Source of the DNA: Octopus vulgaris
Taxonomy: Eukaryota
Reading direction: 5' to 3'
Length of the DNA stretch: 64,000 nt
NCBI GenBank assembly: GCA_951406725.2
Contig: OX597817.1
Span: 21,886,001 to 21,950,000, forward strand
The notes beneath the pieces are model-generated. The model had not been told where the DNA came from and made no database searches. It saw only the letters and a list, made by a program, of their open reading frames with translations. Made by a program: the position numbers and the translations under genes. This document shows, one piece after another, positions 55,156-64,000 of this stretch (position 1 is its first letter; every line of letters begins with the position of its first letter).

Positions 55156-55540
55156 CATACACGTATATAAACTAGCATATGTCTATACATGTATAAACAG
55201 ACACAAACATATCATATGTGAATTTGTATGTTACATACTTATATATTCATATGTAAATATACATTTGTATGTATATATGAATTATGTATATATGAATATA
55301 TATGTGTATATTTATGTATATATATATATATATATGCATACATGTTTTTTGTGTATATATAAATATACTTATATACACATATATATATACGCCCATGTGT
55401 TTGTATATGCGTACATATATTTTATACGTATGAGCAGCATGTATATACTAATTCACGAACAAACAACTACACGGAAAGTATATATGTATATAATGTATGT
55501 GTATGTCTGTGGTACTTGTGTGTTTGTGTATGTGTATTAA

Positions 55541-55589
<49 letters not shown>

Positions 55590-56142
55590 AAATATGTATG
55601 TATTTGTAACATTATTAGTGTGTACGTGTCTGAGTGTATTTCTCAATACACATGCATACATACGCACATGTATGTGTTTGTGAGTGTAGATAACGATTCA
55701 GGTTTCGTACCTTCATACAGACGAGAAAAAAATGACCAATAAAAATTGGCCTCACTAACGACCAATAAGGAGCCATTTACGAAACACATTGAAAGATAAC
55801 CTACGCGGCGTGTGTGTTAGTGTGTGAAGTGTCGAATATAATCTAGTAATGTATCTCTAGCTATTTGCCTCCCAATATAAACTCTATAAAATGTAATGTG
55901 ATCATTTCGTGCGGTGTACACATACAAACACTTACAGCCTCAAACATGCACACGCAGGTATACATTCGCACATACAGGTACATACACACGCATATAGTTA
56001 TATATGATAATTATAAAGTTTACCTGAGAATACCCACCTGGTGCTTTAATTTTTAGTATAAGCGTATATGACATCAACCAAATAAGTTATGTGTGTTTGT
56101 CATAAGTTTGTGTGTTTGTGTTTGTGCGGGGTTTTTTTATAT

Positions 56143-56511
56143 ATATAAACTTAGATAAACTTAGATGTGTTTCGACCAAAGATTGGTACCCGCCATGTCT
56201 AACTTAATAGCACCACCTGATAGGATTATTCGAATCCTGTTTGAGTCAAGTTTTGTTCAAGTAGTGAGTTCTTGTTGGGTGAGTTGTATCCAATTATGGG
56301 TGTCTTATCTGGTATTATTTGAAGGAATCTATCCAGACTCCGTTTAAAGTTGATGGGATCCTTTTCCTCTTTGATCTCCCTCGGGACAATGTTAAATAGG
56401 GCAGGGCCTGTTGAGGAAAAGAAATTATGTTAAAATGTACATGTATGTTGTGATCTTGAATTGGGCAGGGGAAGTATGGCCCGTGGTCCCAGTCTTGGAT
56501 GAAACTTGAAG
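56143..56511 (-). mobile_element. CR1/L2-group LINE 3' end
   Basis: Minus strand gives FKFHPRLGPRA...HNFFSSTGPALFNIVPREIKEEKDPINFKRSLDRFLQ (F.LP/FK..LD.FL C-terminal pattern). The 3'UTR has stem-loop acca-atctt-tggt and a repeated (atctaagttt)2 tail. Confidence 0.8.
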
Positions 56512-56995
56512 CTAATGTTATATACATGTTATATACATGTATGTGTACAGGAAATTGGGTGTGTATATAGTTGTATGAAGTATTCCGCGTGTTTGTCTTA
56601 TAGAGCTTGTTCACGCGCATCCTTTATGCTAAAGTCTGTTGCCTTACAACTTAATATTGACTTTCTGGCTCACCGGAAAGCCGTCCGATCATCGTTCAAT
56701 CAAACCGAGAAACTAAAAAATACCAAAACAGTTAACTCGATAGCAGATCCTAAATAGTTACACCAAACAAAGGAGATATTTATAAATTGATTGTGTAAGA
56801 TTTTAGTTAGCATAATGTGTGTTGGCGCAGCAAATACACTGTTATTTCATACAATATTTCTGTGTATTTATACAGTCACCCTTTCATGGAAACACGCCGG
56901 TTTATATAAATATGCACACATACTCACACGCATACATATATGAATATATAAACTTGTGCTTGTGTGTTTTTAATCATATGCATTTACATCACAGT

Positions 56996-57300
56996 GAACA
57001 CCGTGACCGACCAGGCTATCAAATGTTGCCACAAATCGCTGGTCACAATGCGTTTCGCATTGTTTTAGCCTTCAAATGACGCCACCCCGCTGGCTAAGCG
57101 AGCAGGCCAACAGAAGAAAGACTGAGAGAAAGTTGTTGCGAAAGAGTACAACAGGGATCGCCACCATCCCTTGCCGGAGCCTCATGGAGTTTTAGGTGTT
57201 TTCGCTCAATAAACACTCACTACGCCCGGTCTGGGAATCGAAACCGCGCTCCTACAACTGCGAATCTGCTGTCCTAACTACTGGGCCATTACGCCTCCAC
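56996..57300 (-). mobile_element. tRNA-derived SINE (head B + tail 3)
   Basis: 57110-57300 matches the head and body of 1685-2076 and 36321-36636. 56996-57110 is an unrelated tail. Confidence 0.88.
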
Positions 57301-57306
57301 GCACAC

Positions 57307-57366
<60 letters not shown>

Positions 57367-57369
57367 GTT

Positions 57370-57411
<42 letters not shown>

Positions 57412-57811
57412 TGTGTGTATATGTGTGTGTACATGCATATCATTACTTTTCAAAATACATCAGTAATATGATTTTAAATCTTGTAATACATTTCAAAGTG
57501 ATCAGAAATTTTAAAAGACGTAATTTAGTAACCTAATTGTATCAAAATAGTCATTTTCATTCTTTCTGTAAAAGCATTACTTCACTTAAAGTAATCTTCA
57601 TGTGAATATGCACAACGTTGTGTATTTTTCCAAAGCTTAACTTGAAGGCATCATATGAAACATTCGTCTCTACAGCAAAATTTTCTCTCTGTCTCTTTTA
57701 ATAGAAACCCCATATTTTTTTTTTATGACTCTCATTCCTTTTCTCTAGATGAGAATTTCTATTATGTAGTAGATAGTGATCTAATAGTTCTTATATACTT
57801 TTAGATAGAAA

Positions 57812-58209
57812 TCTTTATATATAAAAGAGAGGTTGTGTGCTGTCTGTCTCCTACGATTTAGATTCCTAACTTCTCCCACATTTTTCGGTGCAGTTTAACC
57901 AAAACCGGGTATCTTATAGTCGTGATTCATATCGAGCCCTTCTGGGTATTAGCGCGCGTCTACGATGAGTCTAGGATTTTTAAAAAAATGTATCATCAAT
58001 TTTCCCCATTTTTAATGCATTTTTGGCATATATAAGGGAAGTAACTCTCTAAAGATTTATTATTAAATCTCAGAACGTAAAAAGCTACAGTAACACCTCC
58101 CCCCTTTGTGGTTAGCCATATTGAGATTGCTATTATACTTTACATCTCTAAAAATGCTTATATAATTATTTCCCTTACAAACCCGAGAAACGCCGGGCGA
58201 TACTGCTAG
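57812..58209 (+). mobile_element. Non-autonomous Helitron
   Basis: Starts TC (a|tctttatatataaaag) and ends CTAG|t. Subterminal GC hairpin cccgagaaacgccggg at 58182-58197. Inserted between A and T with no TSD. Confidence 0.85.
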
Positions 58210-58994
58210 TTAGTTATAAAACATCTTAGAAATGAGCAACTGTTGATTCTGACGCATTAATGTATTTACGGTGTGTATGTTATTGACGCCCGAGAAATTA
58301 CTGTCCACAAAAACCGTTGAAGATTAAGAATTGAATTTTGCTTGTACGATTCAAAATGTCCACTTCTCGAGAACATAATTTTTCATGTTATCAATTAGAA
58401 CGATGACATAAATTACCGCGGGAAATGATTTTGACTTTGTCATTCTGACACTGATAATGTATTAATTAAATCGACTACGTCTTTTCTCCATCGAATGTGA
58501 AATTGTGCTGTAACGAGATACCTTTATAATAGAACAGTGGTTTGGTGAATCGTATTGGAATATTTTCAGTATTCGCTTGTGTAGTTTTAGATTCTGAGTT
58601 CAGATCACGTGAAGATTTGTCTGTCATTTCTCATACTTCACTTCATAAAATGAATACCGGCCGAGTAGTGAGATTGACATAGCAGGTTCATATACGGCAT
58701 CCCAAATTATTAAAGACGTAATTTTTTTTTTTTATTTTATTAAAAAGAATACTCGTTGGAAGTCAAAAAATGTTCATAAAATGATGGTAATTGTTACATG
58801 CGCGTGGTCTGTAAAATAAACGTGGTATTCTGTAAAACAACACAGAAACTATGGCCATTTGCCAGACTTAAGTAAACTTCCTCTGTTTCCAATTATTAAC
58901 GAGGTTTTGTTGTACATACTGAAATGAAAACGTACAGTCATAATCATGGAAGAAATATAACTAAACAATTAAACAGCGTTCAAAAATGATAGGT

Positions 58995-59520
58995 AAGTTG
59001 GTTAGTAAAGGCTATATGAGCGTTTGTTTGAAATAAGCTGGAAAAGAAACTCATCCATGGAACATACTAATTTCTTGATTTCCTCGCATGTTATGCTACC
59101 GGATATATCTACTATTGCCTGACACTGTTCATCCTTGCTCCTGAAATGGCGTGCATTGTCGTAAACTCGTCGATTTAGAATACGCCACAAGTTTTCTATT
59201 GTGGAAACAAAGATGCCACTTCATCTTACGCGTTCCACAGAAGTTTAATTGTTGCAGATATTCTGTAGTTTTCTCCGTTGAGTGTGAGGGCGCATTATCT
59301 TCCATGAATATTATGGTTGTCTTGAAGTGAACTTTAGCTTTTTTAAACAAGCTTCGAGTTGCTCCTTCAGATAGACTATGTAAGCATCCGCAGTCATTTT
59401 AATACCGTCCAGCACTTTCCAAGGAACAACCATAACTCTTCCAATAATATCTGCCCAAATCATAATGCCTTTCAAGCGTTAATGACGATCTTGCCCATTT
59501 ACCACTCATCCCTTGTTTCA
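58995..59520 (-). mobile_element. Tc1-like transposase remnant
   Basis: Minus strand gives IMIWADIIG..VVPWKVLDGIKMTADAYI, IFMEDNAPSHST..T.EYL and LWRILNRRVY...EIKKLVCSMD, all Tc1 DDE motifs, frameshifted. Confidence 0.85.
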
Positions 59521-59959
59521 ACTATATAAATCATATATTTTACAACTCTTACTTCCTCCTTTTGTCAAATAAATTCCTATACTACTTCGTTTAACAGAAT
59601 TTTCCCGTATTAAATTTAGTGTGGTTGTGTGTTAAGAAGTTTGCTTGGATACTACATACTTCTGGGTTCTGTCCCACCACTAACTACTTCGGGAGACTGT
59701 CTTCTACTACATCCTTGATCCGACCAAAGCCTTGTGAATTGATTCGATTAACGAAAACTGAAAAATCCTGGCGTTCATATGTGAATGTACGTGTATGGGG
59801 TGTTCGTCTCTGTGTGTATGTTCGCATCAATGTGTGTTTGTGTGAAATGGAATCAAAACGCTGTTTAATGTAAATAATTACGAAAATAATGGCCGATTTC
59901 AGAAACAATTTTATTCTGGAAAAGTTAACTACAGAAATATTTTGATTAGTCAAAGTATG

Positions 59960-60620
59960 AGCCGTGAACATTTATGTATCTCTACCATCGACCAACGAGA
60001 TTATTTATGCCTCGTTGATAAAAACATATTGGCTTTGATGCTTAGAAATCTTTGAAAGTTAATTCCACCTCTGGTTTGGATCTGAAAGTTTTATCACTTG
60101 TTTAAATGCTTAAAAAATGGTAGTCAGTGGGTGAAAGATCAGGAGAATATGGAGGGTGGGGTAAAGTCTCGTATCTCAAATCTGTGAGATTCTGCAGCAT
60201 CACTCTTGCAACATGTGACTTTGCTTTATTGTGGAGCAGAATTGGGCCACGCCGATTCACCAATGCAGGTTTCATGCATTTCAGCGAGTTTATTGTAGTA
60301 AACCTCTGCTGTAATACTCTGATTGGATTCCAGAAAGCTGTAATGGACAATACCAATTGCAGACCACCAGACAATCATCATACACTTTTTCCGATACAAT
60401 TTTGGCTTTGGGAAATGCTTGGGGGACTCATCACGATCAAGCCATTCACCTGATCGTTTGCGGTTATCATAAATGACCCACTTTTCGTCAGAAGTGACTA
60501 TTCGGTGAAGAAAAATATTATTAGTGTTTCACAGAAAGAGCATCAAGCACACTTCAAAACGCTGAACTTTTGATTTTCATTGAGCTCATGCTGTACCCAT
60601 TTTATCGAGTTTTTTCACCT
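59960..60620 (-). mobile_element. Mariner transposase remnant (Hsmar1/cecropia-like)
   Basis: FLHRIVTSDEKWVIYDNRKRSGEWLD...KPKLY..K.M..VWWS..G and PALVNRRGPILLHNKAKSH...ETLPHPPYSPDLSPTDYHF. Confidence 0.9.
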
Positions 60621-60624
60621 TACT

Positions 60625-60692
60625 ATGGCAGTATCTCGTCTCTTAGATGACAGTCAAATTTGACTGTCTTCTAAGAGACGAGATACTGCCAT
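60625..60692. repeat. 68-bp near-perfect spacerless palindrome
   Basis: atggcagtatctcgtctcttagatgacagtcaaa|tttgactgtcttctaagagacgagatactgccat: 34-bp arms with one mismatch. Confidence 0.95.
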
Positions 60693-61159
60693 TTAACTCT
60701 AGGAAGACATCTCCTGTTGATGGTTTATTCAGTGCGCTTGTCATATTTTTGTGCGTATCCCATATTTATTATGAGCGAGAAGTAACTCCTACCATCCATC
60801 CTGGCTTCAAGACCACCAGAACATGTGGATTCGATCAGCATCGAATCTCCTCGCGTATGGGACTCGTTGCCAGGCATGACAGTAGTTTACTTCGCTTGCG
60901 ATATACAGAAAGCCTACTGCCATACAATCGCTGGTTTTGTAACTAGGAAACTAGTCCATTAGAAAATCTCTGTTCGTGATAGAAGCAGTTCACGAACTCA
61001 AAAAGTGTTGCTTAAGGCCACTTTAGTGTGGCTGTCCTCCAAGCGATGATGATACTGAGATTTAACCCCATTTATACACATATACAAATATATATCTATA
61101 TAGATATATATATATATACATATTTGATATACATATACACATATGCTTATATATATATA

Positions 61160-61395
61160 TGTGTGTGTCTGTGTGTGTGTATGTTTGTGTGTCTGTGTTT
61201 GTCCCCCCAAAATCGCTTGATAACCGATGCTCAAGTGTTTACATCCCCGTAACTTAGCAGTTCGGCAAAAGAGACTGATAGAATAAGTACTAGGCTTACA
61301 AAGTATTAGTCCTCGGGTCAATTTGCTCGACTAAAGGCGGTGTTCCAGCATGGCCACAGTCACATGACTGAAACAAATAAAAGAGTAAAAGAGTA
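61160..61395 (+). mobile_element. 3' half of SINE family A
   Basis: gtgtttgtcccccc...ttcggcaaaagagactgatagaataagtact...gactgaaacaaataaaagagtaaaagagta. Confidence 0.85.
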
Positions 61396-61498
61396 TATAT
61401 ATATATAGGAAACATATATTACAGATATTTATCTATATATGAGTGAGTGTTCCATATACATATACATAAACACACACATACTCACACATCACACACGC

Positions 61499-61556
<58 letters not shown>

Positions 61557-61929
61557 GCAGTCTATTTCAGCTAAAGGAATTCAATTTATTGCGAGCAATG
61601 TGAAAATTCGAGCGAGACTATTGCTTTCGTTTCGTTCTATCAAATTATGAGTAAATGTGAGAATAACTCTAACTAAAAGTCTGTAGGAAAAAGATTAGGT
61701 GTGAGACAGTTCTATGCTGACAGACTTCATATACAAATCAGGATAGTGAGAGAAAATAAGAGTGATAAATACAAATACAAATGCAACTCATCATAGAAAT
61801 TATTGATTTTTTTGTTTCTATCGATTACAGAAAATCGTAAACTTGAAGTAACTTCACGTACTTAACTTACACCATATCTGCTTAAGAAACTGAATGTTAT
61901 CCTGTCTGCTACAAAATAAATTACAAACT

Positions 61930-61968
<39 letters not shown>

Positions 61969-62016
61969 GTAATATATGTATATATTCCTATTCTCTTTGT
62001 AAACACACATATACAC

Positions 62017-62059
<43 letters not shown>

Positions 62060-62091
62060 TATATGTATATTCATATGCTTCTCTATGTATA

Positions 62092-62603
<512 letters not shown>

Positions 62604-63194
62604 TATATTTTCTTATAAACACACGTATATGTATGTATATAAATGACGTAGATGATAACACACCAATGCAATCATGTCCTTTTTGGTAAGTCGTACTTCT
62701 AATCCTGCTGAGTTTCTAGCAGCCCCCCCCCCATCACCAAGCAGGTTTAGTGGGTATGTCGATGATCCAAACCATGTAGTAGGCTATATTGTATCCATGT
62801 TACCAGTAGCCCTCGTGAGACACCTTACAGTCCTCATGAGAGACCTTACAAGTGACCTGACAAGAGTGAATGAGGTAAATTACAAGTCAATTAATGCCAT
62901 ACAGAATTACATTCTCCTAGCGGTGGGGAAATTTCTAAATGTTGGAAAACGCAAAAGGAAACTTCTCGTGTATCTCCTAGTACTTTGACTGTGTTCTATC
63001 TCTAGCATATGACATTTTCTCATTTTGTGTGTGTGTGTGTCAGACTTTCGCTACAGCACGATTTTGTAGTGTTAGTCGATATATCTAGGCAGACACGCAC
63101 TCACATGTAGACACACACGAATGCTACTACACTCTTTTTCTCAATCGATTTCACCCGTGTGACATTGCTTGGTACGGGTATATCGTAGAAGAAG

Positions 63195-63295
63195 AGCAAT
63201 TATTTACATTATTTACAATTGACGGGCATATGGCGTAGTGGTTAAGAGTGCGGGTTACTACACCCAAGATTCCGAGCTCGATTCCAGGCTGTAAA

Positions 63296-63357
<62 letters not shown>

Positions 63358-63513
63358 CAACAACATCGAAAAACACCTTAGGAATGAGAACCCAGGTTCA
63401 AAATTTACCCAAGACACCTGATGAAGGCTGGAGGGTATTTCATCCGAAACGTTGTGTTAGCAACAAACAAGATGAGAACAAATATCCTTCAATAGTAAAT
63501 AATGTAAATAATG
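63195..63513 (+). mobile_element. tRNA-headed SINE-like element with hammerhead-containing tail, 27-bp inverted termini and 14-bp TSD
   Basis: TSD tatcgtagaagaag at 63181-63194 and 63514-63527. A box tggcgtagtgg (63231-63241), B box gctcgattcc (63276-63285), (AAT)n linker, hammerhead at 63413-63458. Inverted repeats at 63199-63225 and 63486-63512. Confidence 0.88.
63413..63458 (+). ncRNA. Minimal type I hammerhead ribozyme-like motif
   Basis: GACAC-CUGAUGA-A-GGCUG(GAGGGUAUUU)CAUCC-GAAA-CG-UU-GUGUU. Canonical core, stem I GACAC/GUGUU and AACGUU palindrome. The sister copy near 42160 has a perfect GGCUG/CAGCC stem II. Confidence 0.75.
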
Positions 63514-63527
63514 TATCGTAGAAGAAG

Positions 63528-63612
63528 TTTGCCTCGATCGACGCGCAAAGGACTAAACCCGAACCCAAGTTGATGATAGTCCAATATCGTTACCATACAG
63601 CCATGCCTGCAA
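63528..63612 (-). mobile_element. Old SINE family A head interrupted by the 63195-63513 insertion
   Basis: tatcgtagaagaag|tttgcctcgatcgacgcgcaaagggactaaacccgaacc...taccatacagccatgcctgca aligns to family A ctatagtagaagacacttgcccaag..ccacgcagtgggactgaacccggaacc...taccacacagccactcctgcg. Confidence 0.65.
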
Positions 63613-64000
63613 CTTATTTTATGCAAAGTTTTCAGTAAATATATTATTATAATGCGCTCAATAAAAATACATACTAGATGATGTCAACTTCTTAGATGTT
63701 ACGTGCCTCGGACTACAACGCTTCCTTACAACTGAGCTGAATGGTGCACCATTAAATGAAATGCTTTGCAAAAGGACTCAACGCATCGTTCGCATTTGAA
63801 ATCGAGCTCATGACCTCACGATCATGGGCTTAACAACTACGTGTTTGCCAGTATAAAGGCGTGTGTTCCGTTAACTATTTGGTGAATATAGATTAATTGA
63901 AATCAATATGTACATAAAAGATATAATAACTACTGAATAAAAATCGCCGTATACCTGACGGCATGTGATTGCAATAAAACAACACACGACGTATTATGAA

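Noticed and set aside
62674-62988. 104-aa ORF with ATG
   Set aside because: No recognisable domain, and it contains a short internal tandem duplication. Probably an unidentified repeat fragment.
63224-63295. tRNA gene (also the tRNA-like heads at 2000-2076, 27389, 36321 and 57230-57300)
   Set aside because: A and B boxes are present, but I could not fold a complete cloverleaf or acceptor stem, and each continues into a SINE body.

Overview
AT-rich, microsatellite-saturated eukaryotic DNA. The repeat content looks like a coleoid cephalopod, probably Octopus (inferred from memory of its SINE families). I cannot support any intact protein-coding gene, and nearly all ORFs in the track are simple-repeat artefacts, so this reads as an intergenic or large intronic region. 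It holds tRNA-derived SINEs of several families, fragments of RTE, CR1/L2-like, R4/Dong-like and Penelope-like (GIY-YIG) retrotransposons, mariner/Tc1 remnants and one non-autonomous Helitron. The most striking signal is a set of about 10 minimal type-I hammerhead-ribozyme-like motifs from about 7 sequence-distinct small elements. Most lie in (TA)n tracts and nearly all have a self-complementary stem III. One has a compensatory C3U/G8A core, and two elements carry back-to-back inverted hammerhead pairs. One element combines a Pol III tRNA head, a hammerhead tail, 27-bp inverted termini and a 14-bp TSD, making it a candidate Penelope-mobilised, ribozyme-bearing SINE. Also seen: modular head/tail swapping among SINEs, a 5'-inverted RTE copy, a stack of R4/Dong-like 3' ends in (AAT)n, a 68-bp spacerless palindrome and a probable assembly false duplication. 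All alignments and translations were done by eye.
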